Source: Thermodesulfobacteriota bacterium (GTDB lineage: Bacteria; Desulfobacterota_D; UBA1144; Nemesobacterales; N074bin48). Taken from it: a DNA stretch of 18,540 nt. Both the position numbers and the translations under genes were made by a program. The stretch spans positions 1 through 18,540 of the forward strand of contig JBFFSH010000050.1 of the NCBI GenBank assembly GCA_041572575.1. Reading direction: 5' to 3'. The notes beneath the pieces were generated by a model. The model made no database searches. It had not been told where the DNA came from and worked only from the letters and a program-made list of their open reading frames with translations. Below, piece by piece: positions 1-7,445 of this stretch. How positions within the stretch are numbered: position 1 is the stretch's first letter; each line of letters begins with the position of its first letter.

Positions 1-107
1 ATCTCTTGCATGTCTTGTTTTTTCCATATTTTGCGTGTGAAAAAATTCGTGATATTTTTCCCACTGTTAATTGCCATGAATACCGCTTTATCATTGCTCT
101 TTATCAT
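1..107 (-). CDS. 5' part of a hypothetical protein gene running off the left edge (MIKSNDKAVFMAINSGKNITNFFTRKIWKKQDMQE...)
   Basis: Hand translation of the minus strand: AGGAG at 120-116, 8-nt spacer, ATG at 107-105, frame open to position 1. Not in the ORF track; too short to assign a family. Confidence 0.6.
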   Translation of the reverse strand, partial: MIKSNDKAVFMAINSGKNITNFFTRKIWKKQDMQE

Positions 108-219
108 ATATACTACTCCTAACAACGTCTAATGCCCTAAGTTAATATGAAGTATATTATTAATAACGCGAAGATTAGTTTAAACTATCGGCAGGATTAA
201 TAAATATAATTTAATTCAT

Positions 220-1305
220 ATGGGACATTTGATGATAAGACTAAAAACATTAATTATATCAACCTTTTTAATCTTTGTATTTACCATACAATCCAGTGCA
301 AATGAGCAGAAGATTTTTTCTCTTCTCGAGAACAGCGGCGTATTAATATTTGGAGAGAAAAGGGGTAAACCCGAGTCTGCAAGGCTTGTATCTGATGTTG
401 TTGAGGCATTTACAGCGATGGGAAACTGCGTAAATGTCGGTCTTGAAATAAGCTCTGAAGAGCAAAAAAATATAGACGGATTTATCAATGGCAATACCGA
501 TATTTCCAATATTAGGATAAACACATTTGTTACTCACAAAGAATATAGGAATATGCTAAGAAGTTTTAAAGATTTTAAAGCAGCTGGAAGGTGTATAAGA
601 GTATTTGGAGTAGATGTGCCTGATACAGTGCCTATTGAAAAGAATGTCTGGATGTCACGTATTATTAATAGCCTTGTGGGGGACAGCCCCATGCTTGTTC
701 TTATTGGAAACAGGCACACTTTTAAAAATGTGCAATGGAAAAATGATGAAAACAAGAAAACGGTTTTAGCCCAGAACCTTAAGTCAAATGGAGTAAACGT
801 TGGCGCTGTTATGCAGTACTGGGAAAAGCAGGACTGTATTTCAAAAATCGCTGATTTTCTGGATACCGAAAACCCTTATACCGGAGTATATGTAAACGAT
901 ATCATAAAGCCGCTCTCAATGAAACCGCCCTCCCAAGTGTCCGAGATTACAGATGGGGTGATTGTCTGGAACTGCGGGACTTTGTCGGCTGAGATAAATA
1001 AGCAGGTAGAAATCGAAAAAAAGACGGCGGATATTGATGTTGATCCGGTTATTAACAAACCTACAATAGAAACCGACAGGAAAAAGATTGAGAAGAGTAT
1101 AAAAAGAGGCATTCCTATGGCAGGCATGACTACAGAGGATGTTATAAAAACTCTTGGTGAACCAAAAAAGAAATCTGGTGTTAACAGCTCTGGTTATGAA
1201 AAATGGGGTTATGAGTGTTATGCCGATGAGGGTTATTATTACGAATGCAATAATCTTACGTTTGAAAATAATGTGCTGATTAGAATTGCTGACTGGGAGA
1301 TTTAG
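220..1305 (+). CDS. Exported protein: EreA/ChaN-like alpha/beta domain (variant motifs) plus C-terminal BamE/SmpA_OmlA-like small domain
   Basis: 361-aa ORF with a signal peptide (...FIFVFTIQSSA-type end). Motifs VLIFGEKRG, VGLEI, VFGVD, KNVWMSRII and LVLIGNRH follow the EreA/ChaN order. C-terminal GMTTEDVIKTLGEP...EKWGY...LTFENNVL matches the BamE/SmpA-like pattern. The start could be ATG 232. The CDS is secure; domain calls are moderate. Confidence 0.6.
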   Translation: MGHLMIRLKTLIISTFLIFVFTIQSSANEQKIFSLLENSGVLIFGEKRGKPESARLVSDVVEAFTAMGNCVNVGLEISSEEQKNIDGFINGNTDISNIRINTFVTHKEYRNMLRSFKDFKAAGRCIRVFGVDVPDTVPIEKNVWMSRIINSLVGDSPMLVLIGNRHTFKNVQWKNDENKKTVLAQNLKSNGVNVGAVMQYWEKQDCISKIADFLDTENPYTGVYVNDIIKPLSMKPPSQVSEITDGVIVWNCGTLSAEINKQVEIEKKTADIDVDPVINKPTIETDRKKIEKSIKRGIPMAGMTTEDVIKTLGEPKKKSGVNSSGYEKWGYECYADEGYYYECNNLTFENNVLIRIADWEI

Positions 1306-1342
1306 ACGGAAATAAAATTGTCATAATTATTAAAATCTTAGG

Positions 1343-2689
1343 TCATATAACAAGGTACGTAATTAAACATACAAGCACGGCACATAGAATGTTAAGACCA
1401 AGCCCTATTTTAATCATCGATTTATGACTAACTTTTCCTGTACCAAACACAAGCGCATTTGGTGGGGTAGCTACGGGAAGCATAAAGGCGCAGGATGCGG
1501 CTATTCCTACAGCAAGTGGCATTACACTGTTATTTAAAGTAGGGATCTCAACACCTACTGCATAGAAAATAGGTACTAAAATTGCGGCAATTGCCGTGTT
1601 GCTCGCAATTTCAGTAAGAAATACAACAAGCAGCACACCGCCCAGAAGTAAAATCAATACCCCGAAATCAAACAAATTGCTAAACAGTATATTTGCAAGA
1701 TACTTGCTGGCCCCTGTCTCGGAGAGCACTGCACTAAGTGCAATACCCCCGCCAAACAAAAGCAGCACGCCCCAGTCTGTAAATTCTTCAATCTCTTTCC
1801 AGTTCACTACCCTGGTGGCACAGAGTAAAATCAGGGCAAATATAGCAACCAGGGAGTCAAAGCTCTTGGTGATTTGCAGATAACCGGATATGGGTTTACT
1901 GAAAAGCCACAAAAACACGGTAATGAAAAATATTACAACTACTAAAATGCTGTTTTTGTTAAAATAATCACTATAATTAATAGACATTTGATCAGATGTT
2001 TCCTTGTATAGAAAAACAGGTTTTATCCATAGATAGAGGAATAAAACTGCAACCGGAAGCAAAATCAATACAGATGGTATGCCTACATAGAGCCAGTCGT
2101 TAAAATTCATGCCCAGATTAGCTGCGGTAATACCGTTTGGAGGGCTTCCGACTATTGTTCCAATCCCTCCAATATTGGCTGAATACGCAAGCCCCAAAAG
2201 TATAAAAAGGTTTATTCTATTGTCTTCTATTTTGTTTATTCTGTACAATAGCCCAAGGGCTACGGGAAGCATCATTGCCATGGTTGCCGTATTGCTTATC
2301 CACATGCTTATAACAGCTGTTACTAAAAATAAAATTATTGCAGATACTAAAACATTGTTCCTGGAAGTTTTTAATACTATTTTAGCTATCAGCTCATCCA
2401 TATTTTGTTTATGGAGCGCCGCCGCAAGGGCAAAACCGCCCAGGAAAAGAAATATGATAGGGTTTGCAAAATGCTTAAACGAATCTTTAGCGTCGAAAAT
2501 GCCTGTTAAAACCGCTATTAAGGGAACAGCAAGTGCCGTAACTGTAATGGGCAGTGCCTCTGATACCCAAAGCCCGCCAATCAGAAACAAAACAGCAAGC
2601 CCTTTTGCTGTATCTTTTTCTACAGGGAGATATTGATACAAAGCGATTGATATAGAACTTAATACAATTAGAATTAGTAAATTTTTCAC
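1343..2689 (-). CDS. SLC13/DASS family Na+-coupled dicarboxylate symporter (VcINDY/SdcS-like)
   Basis: 448-aa polytopic protein with a GTG start. Both hairpin motifs are present (SMWISNTAT, TEIASNTA), plus VGSPPN, AFMLPVATPPNA, FANPIIFLFLGGFALAAA and DWGVLLLFGGG, closely matching VcINDY as I recall it. Confidence 0.92.
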   Translation of the reverse strand: MKNLLILIVLSSISIALYQYLPVEKDTAKGLAVLFLIGGLWVSEALPITVTALAVPLIAVLTGIFDAKDSFKHFANPIIFLFLGGFALAAALHKQNMDELIAKIVLKTSRNNVLVSAIILFLVTAVISMWISNTATMAMMLPVALGLLYRINKIEDNRINLFILLGLAYSANIGGIGTIVGSPPNGITAANLGMNFNDWLYVGIPSVLILLPVAVLFLYLWIKPVFLYKETSDQMSINYSDYFNKNSILVVVIFFITVFLWLFSKPISGYLQITKSFDSLVAIFALILLCATRVVNWKEIEEFTDWGVLLLFGGGIALSAVLSETGASKYLANILFSNLFDFGVLILLLGGVLLVVFLTEIASNTAIAAILVPIFYAVGVEIPTLNNSVMPLAVGIAASCAFMLPVATPPNALVFGTGKVSHKSMIKIGLGLNILCAVLVCLITYLVI

Positions 2690-2746
2690 AATTTTTATTT
2701 CTGGTATTTATAAAAGTAGTAAAATACTATATTAATATATCTATAT

Positions 2747-3586
2747 ATGAAAATTAATTTACGTAAAAAAGCATATGTATATCTAGTATTGTTATTGTTT
2801 ATATTGCCTGGTGGGGCTGACTCTCATGTGGGTGAGCATAGTCTTATTAAGTTATTCAGCGATAAAATAAAAACCGATCCTGAAAATCCAGTTCTCTATT
2901 TTAAAAGAGGCTCCCAGCACAGATACGCAGGGCACTTTGAAAAAGCCCTTGAGGATTTCAGTAAAGCCCGGTCACTTGATGAGGAGTATTTCCTGGTAGA
3001 TCTTGGAGTAGGGCTTGTGTTCTTAGACTACGGCTGGAACAAAACAGCCGAGGTTTACCTTAAGAGTTTTCTTAAATACTCTCCTGATCATATTGTTGGA
3101 ATGACATCTCTTGCAAGAGCAATAGCTCGGCAAAAAAGAGGCAAAGAATCTGCGGCTCTATATGAACATATATCTAAAATTTTAGAAAAACCAGCCCCGG
3201 CATTTTATCTGGAGATGGCAGATTCTTATTTAATTACCAATAATTATTCTGCAGCCATAAAAACTCTTGATAACGGTATAAAAAAACTTGGTCATATTAC
3301 ATCGCTTGACCAAAAAGCATATGAAATTGAGCTTAATACTAAATTGACAGATAAAGCCTTATTGCGTCTCGATAATCTCATAAAATATTCGCCTCAAAAA
3401 GAAAGATGGTTGTATGAAAAAGGGCAGCTTCTGGAACAGGAAGATGAATATGATAAGGCCAAAGATGCCTATCTAAAGGCACTAGAGCATTACAGTTCCA
3501 GACCAATAAAGCGGCAGAATATTCCTGTGCTTGTTAGACTTAAAAAAAATATTGATTTGGCACTTGATAGAATAGGGCAAAGGTAG
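2747..3586 (+). CDS. Exported tetratricopeptide-repeat protein
   Basis: 279 aa with an N-terminal signal peptide. TPR-like helical repeats include LYFKRGSQHRYAGHFEKALEDFSKA, FYLEMADSYLITNNYSAAIKTLDNG and WLYEKGQLLEQEDEYDKAKDAYLKA. Confidence 0.85.
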   Translation: MKINLRKKAYVYLVLLLFILPGGADSHVGEHSLIKLFSDKIKTDPENPVLYFKRGSQHRYAGHFEKALEDFSKARSLDEEYFLVDLGVGLVFLDYGWNKTAEVYLKSFLKYSPDHIVGMTSLARAIARQKRGKESAALYEHISKILEKPAPAFYLEMADSYLITNNYSAAIKTLDNGIKKLGHITSLDQKAYEIELNTKLTDKALLRLDNLIKYSPQKERWLYEKGQLLEQEDEYDKAKDAYLKALEHYSSRPIKRQNIPVLVRLKKNIDLALDRIGQR

Positions 3587-3632
3587 TACAATTAGCCTAA
3601 TACCAGAGCATTAATCAAATTAACAATAATTC

Positions 3633-3638
3633 GGGGAG
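3633..3638 (+). promoter_or_regulatory. Shine-Dalgarno site of the phosphatase gene
   Basis: GGGGAG lies 6 nt upstream of ATG 3645. The 58-bp gap after the TPR gene has no evident hairpin, consistent with co-transcription. Confidence 0.7.
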
Positions 3639-3644
3639 AAATAT

Positions 3645-6353
3645 ATGAATTCTTCATTTATTAAAAAGATCTTATTTGCCGCTTTTTCAGCACTATTATT
3701 ACTTACCATTTACTTGCCATTTGCCAAAGCAGACACAATATATGTGCCGGCGGGTTCTACCTGGAAGTATCTTGATGATGGCTCGGATCAGGGCACAGCA
3801 TGGACCGCCCCGGGATTTGATGATTCCGGATGGGCGTCAGGACCCGGGATATTGGGATACGGTGATAGTCAGGATACTATTGTGAGTTTTGGGCCCGATT
3901 CAAGCAATAAATATACAACTACATACTTTCGTCATGATTTTAACGTAGCAAATCTAAACGGCATAATTGCACTAAAGCTGAGGCTACTTAGAGACGACGG
4001 CGCTGTTGTACATCTAAATGGTAATGAGGTTCACCTAAGTGAAATGCCTGAAACTTATGATTATCAGACTTTTGCTTCATCAACGGCAGGCGGCACTGAA
4101 GAGGATACTTATTATGAATCGTTTATTGATCTGAATGAACTTTTGATCGGCAGCAATACTCTTGCAGTTGAGATACATCAGAGAACACTTACGAGTTCAG
4201 ATATAAGCTTTGACTTAGAGCTTATCGGTACTGATACCATCGAAGTGATAAGGGGGCCATATCTGCAGCAGGGTAGCGATTCGCAGGCTATAGTTAAATG
4301 GAGAACAAACACACCAACAAACAGCGTAGTTCTTTACGGTACGGATTTAGGCAATCTCAATCAGTCCAAGTTTGATTCTGCAGAGACCAGTGACCATGAG
4401 ATTGTTATTGATAACCTGAGTCCTGATACTAAATATTTTTATGCAGTAGGATATAACGACACAAATCAGGATATAATAATTGCAGGTGATAATACAAATC
4501 ATTTCTTCAGGACTTCACCTGTTCCAGGCACTTCCAAGGCAACCAAAATCTGGATCATCGGCGATTCGGGTACAGCAAATCAAAATGCTACAAATGTAAA
4601 GGAAGCTTATTTAAATTCACATGTAGGAGATACAGATCTGTGGATAATGCTCGGAGACAACGCATATAATGATGGTACTGATCAGGAGTATCAGGCAGCC
4701 GTATTTGATATGTATCCTGAGCTTTTAGAAAATACGATACTCTGGTCAACTCTTGGAAACCATGACGGCCACAGCGCAGATTCTCAAACTAATACAGGAC
4801 CTTATTACGAAATATTTTCACTTCCTACTGCGGCAGAAGCAGGCGGGCATGCTTCTGGAACAGAGGCTTACTACTCTTTTGACTATGGTAACATACATTT
4901 TGTCTGTCTGGATTCCTATGACAGTGATCGCTCATCAAATGGAGCAATGCTCTCTTGGCTTGAAAATGATCTGCTTTCCACAAATGCAGACTGGGTTATT
5001 GCTTTCTGGCACCATCCGCCTTATACCAAAGGTTCACATGATTCTGATACTGAGAGTGCTTTGATAGCAATGAGAGAAAATGCAGTTTCCCTTCTTGAAG
5101 ATCACGGGGTAGACCTCGTACTTTCTGGTCACAGCCATTCTTATGAAAGAAGCTATTTGATTGATGGGCACTATGGAAATTCCGATTCCTTCAATCCTGC
5201 AACAATGCAGCTTGATGGAGGAGACGGAAGTCCGAACGGAAACGGAGCATACGAAAAACAATCATCCGGCCTGGCCCCTCATGAGGGTGCTGTATACATA
5301 GTAGCCGGAAGCTCAGGGAAAATTAGCAGCCTTGATGCAAGCGGTCCGCATGAAGCTATGTTTATAACACTTCAGCAGCTGGGTTCAGTAGTACTGGATA
5401 TTAATGGAAATACACTTGATGCACAATTTTTAACCGATACAGGTGCAGTAAATGATAGCTTTACAATAGTAAAGGGCACTGTACCAACACCTACACCAAC
5501 ACCTGTTCCACCCACTCCTACTCCTACACCTGTTCCACCGACACCTACTCCTACACCTATACCTACAGCTACACCGACTCCTGTACCACCAACTCCAACT
5601 CCTACACCTGAACCAACGGCTACACCAACACCGGTTCCACCAACTCCTACGCCAACACCAACTCCTTTACCCACAGCAACACCGACTCCTGTACCACCAA
5701 CCCCGACTCCGACACCGGCACCTTTTACAGATCACAGCGCGGATAGTCAGCAGATTATAGATGGCCAGATTTTCTCAGGAGATATTTCAAGCACCTTTTC
5801 TGATGATAATATAGATGAAGTGCTTAGAGAAAATACAAATGGCGGAAAGCCTTCAAACAGAGTAAGTGCTTTGGAAAAGCAGTGGACTATAAATCAGTCA
5901 TGTGCATTAAACGAGCTAACCGTTCATGCAAGTTATGACTTGAATGAAAATGACGATATAGGAAGTGATGATTTTATTTTTGAGTATGACAACGGCAGCG
6001 GATGGACAGAGATGTTCAGGATCACTTCTGCTGATAATACCGAAACGGTTTTTACAGCGATGAGTTTGCCAGCACCGCTTACATTCAGGGTTATAGATTC
6101 TAACAGACAGACAGGGAATAACGGAAGAGACAGAGTCGCTATAGATTATATCTCGCTTAGATGTTTTGAAGACGGTACTCCTCTGCCGACTCCTACACCT
6201 ACTCCAACACCAGGACCTGATCCGACACCTACACCTACTCCGGATCCAAATCAGTGTGTTCCAACTCACTCCAAAGAAAAAGGACCTCGTTGCTCTGATG
6301 GTCTGGATAATGATTGTGACAGCTTGATCGACGGTGCTGATCCTGATTGCTAA
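3645..6353 (+). CDS. Secreted modular purple acid phosphatase-type metallophosphoesterase (N-terminal beta domain, FN3-like PAP-N domain, calcineurin-like catalytic domain, PT linker, beta domain, PT linker, Cys/Asp-rich tail)
   Basis: 902 aa; signal peptide ends AKA|D. All five PAP motifs are present: GDSG (D307), GDNAY (D338/Y341), GNHD (N372), WHHPPY (H456/H457), GHSH (H496/H498). RGPYLQ...VKWRT...HEIVIDNLSPDTKYFYAVG is the PAP N-terminal FN3-like domain. Confidence 0.9.
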   Translation: MNSSFIKKILFAAFSALLLLTIYLPFAKADTIYVPAGSTWKYLDDGSDQGTAWTAPGFDDSGWASGPGILGYGDSQDTIVSFGPDSSNKYTTTYFRHDFNVANLNGIIALKLRLLRDDGAVVHLNGNEVHLSEMPETYDYQTFASSTAGGTEEDTYYESFIDLNELLIGSNTLAVEIHQRTLTSSDISFDLELIGTDTIEVIRGPYLQQGSDSQAIVKWRTNTPTNSVVLYGTDLGNLNQSKFDSAETSDHEIVIDNLSPDTKYFYAVGYNDTNQDIIIAGDNTNHFFRTSPVPGTSKATKIWIIGDSGTANQNATNVKEAYLNSHVGDTDLWIMLGDNAYNDGTDQEYQAAVFDMYPELLENTILWSTLGNHDGHSADSQTNTGPYYEIFSLPTAAEAGGHASGTEAYYSFDYGNIHFVCLDSYDSDRSSNGAMLSWLENDLLSTNADWVIAFWHHPPYTKGSHDSDTESALIAMRENAVSLLEDHGVDLVLSGHSHSYERSYLIDGHYGNSDSFNPATMQLDGGDGSPNGNGAYEKQSSGLAPHEGAVYIVAGSSGKISSLDASGPHEAMFITLQQLGSVVLDINGNTLDAQFLTDTGAVNDSFTIVKGTVPTPTPTPVPPTPTPTPVPPTPTPTPIPTATPTPVPPTPTPTPEPTATPTPVPPTPTPTPTPLPTATPTPVPPTPTPTPAPFTDHSADSQQIIDGQIFSGDISSTFSDDNIDEVLRENTNGGKPSNRVSALEKQWTINQSCALNELTVHASYDLNENDDIGSDDFIFEYDNGSGWTEMFRITSADNTETVFTAMSLPAPLTFRVIDSNRQTGNNGRDRVAIDYISLRCFEDGTPLPTPTPTPTPGPDPTPTPTPDPNQCVPTHSKEKGPRCSDGLDNDCDSLIDGADPDC
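5481..5723 (+). repeat. Coding Pro/Thr-rich tandem repeat (linker 1 of the phosphatase)
   Basis: Short VP(P)TPTPTP units followed by three copies of [I/E/L]PTATPTPVPPTPTPTP (one with an extra TP). DNA is CCN-ACN periodic with varied third positions. Confidence 0.95.
6177..6248 (+). repeat. Coding Pro/Thr-rich repeat (linker 2 of the phosphatase)
   Basis: TPLPTPTPTPTPGPDPTPTPTPDP, immediately before the Cys-rich tail. Confidence 0.9.
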
Positions 6354-6394
6354 TTGAACAGATATTAGTTTATAATATTAAAAAAGATAAATAT

Positions 6395-6423
6395 GAGAGC
6401 CAGAGTAATTTCTGGCTCTTTTT
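6395..6423 (+). terminator. Rho-independent terminator after the phosphatase gene
   Basis: Perfect 9-bp stem AGAGCCAGA (6396-6404) / TCTGGCTCT (6411-6419), 6-nt loop, then a T run, about 40 nt after the stop. Confidence 0.85.
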
Positions 6424-6452
6424 AATTTTAATACATAAGTGGGGTGGTAATC

Positions 6453-6980
6453 ATGATTAAGTTCATATCAGTTTTCTTTGTAGTTTCTCTTATTTTCATC
6501 TCTCAGGCGATTTCCGATCCAAATCATATGCCTGCCGTTGAGGGCTCCAAAGAATTTAACAAAATAAAATTTCTTATTGGAAAATGGGAAGGCAAAAGTG
6601 AGATGGGAAAGGAAGGAATGCCCAAGGATTATGTGGTTGAATACAAATTAACCTCCAATGGAAGCGCAATACTTGAGACCGCTTTTCCCGGAGCACCGCA
6701 GGAAATGGTTTCAGTATATTATGACGATAAGGGCAAGCTTTCGATGAAACACTACTGCGCACTTGGTAATCAGCCCTTTATGCGGCTTACAGGTTCGGAT
6801 GACAGCAGTGTCTCTTTGGATTTTGCAACAAATAATTCCATTGATCCAGAAAAAGAACCGCATATGCATTCACTTAAAATTATCTTTAAAGATGATGATA
6901 ATATCATTCAGAACTGGACAAGCCATGACGGTAACGGCGGGACTGAAACCCATAGCATGAAGCTTGCACGTGTTAAATAG
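6453..6980 (+). CDS. Conserved exported hypothetical protein, probable beta-barrel, with HYCxxGNQP motif
   Basis: The track gives GTG 6444, but ATG 6453 is preferred because GGGGTGG lies just upstream. Signal peptide, then FNKIKFLIGKWEG, GSAILET, EMVSVYY, HYCALGNQPFM and PHMH: a pattern I recognise from a widespread uncharacterised family. Confidence 0.7.
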   Translation: MIKFISVFFVVSLIFISQAISDPNHMPAVEGSKEFNKIKFLIGKWEGKSEMGKEGMPKDYVVEYKLTSNGSAILETAFPGAPQEMVSVYYDDKGKLSMKHYCALGNQPFMRLTGSDDSSVSLDFATNNSIDPEKEPHMHSLKIIFKDDDNIIQNWTSHDGNGGTETHSMKLARVK

Positions 6981-7023
6981 GGTTTTAGAATTACTGCTCG
7001 AGTAAAATTATACAAAAATACAT

Positions 7024-7239
7024 ATGTTTGCTAATGCCGGGTTTTACCTGATTATAGCAGGGGTAATCTTGATAGTTATAGGAGCTATTGTCTGGACAGG
7101 CGCACTCTCTTGGTTTGGTAACCTTCCCGGGGATATAAAAATCGAGCGTGATTCTGCCAAGATCTATATTCCCATTACATCTATGCTTATTATCTCTTTA
7201 GTGCTAACTATCCTGTTTCAGTTAATAAAAAAGATCTAA
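7024..7239 (+). CDS. DUF2905 family small membrane protein
   Basis: 71 aa; two hydrophobic helices flank the signature GNLPGDIKIER...IYIPITSMLIISLVLT. Confidence 0.88.
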   Translation: MFANAGFYLIIAGVILIVIGAIVWTGALSWFGNLPGDIKIERDSAKIYIPITSMLIISLVLTILFQLIKKI

Positions 7240-7294
7240 AACTAAACCCGTTATATAGTCTACTGAATTTGTTGTTTGCAACCTGTAAGTAAAG

Positions 7295-7326
7295 GCAGTT
7301 TATAACTGCAGAGTTTGACTCTTTTT
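7295..7326 (+). terminator. Possible weak terminator or tandem hairpins after the DUF2905 gene
   Basis: GCAGTT-TAT-AACTGC (7295-7309) abuts AGAGT-TTG-ACTCT (7310-7322), followed by a long T-rich tract. The stems are short. Confidence 0.35.
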
Positions 7327-7445
7327 GTTTCTTTTCGTTTGTGTGGAAATATTTTTGTATTCATAGAAATATTTGAATATAAAGTTGTTTTACGTTATAT
7401 ACTCATTCATCAATATTCTGTTACTTTAGATTGAAATAAATATAA

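Noticed and set aside
216..2636. Short overlapping ORFs 216-524, 343-537, 534-755, 876-1127, 1596-1883 and 2109-2636
   Set aside because: Antisense shadows of well-supported genes, without recognisable motifs.
1343..2689. Transporter as a phosphate importer partnered with the phosphatase
   Set aside because: Some DASS members carry phosphate or sulfate, but this sequence closely follows the dicarboxylate carrier VcINDY, and I see no Pho-box-like direct repeats in the spacer.
5372..5674. Minus-strand Gly/Val-repeat ORF (100 aa)
   Set aside because: It is the antisense mirror of the Pro/Thr linker codons; no independent coding evidence.
5481..5723. Repeats as a CRISPR array or non-coding VNTR
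   Set aside because: They are in-frame and degenerate at third codon positions, with no repeat-spacer alternation and no cas genes.
3676..6960. Alternate-frame or antisense ORFs 3676-3885, 4753-5064, 5034-5261, 5916-6269, 6574-6762 and 6763-6960
   Set aside because: Fully nested in longer genes with clear motifs; no protein-like features.
7240..7345. Riboswitch or ncRNA in the spacer with several small hairpins
   Set aside because: Stems are only 4-6 bp and match no riboswitch consensus I recognise; an Rfam/Infernal scan would settle it.
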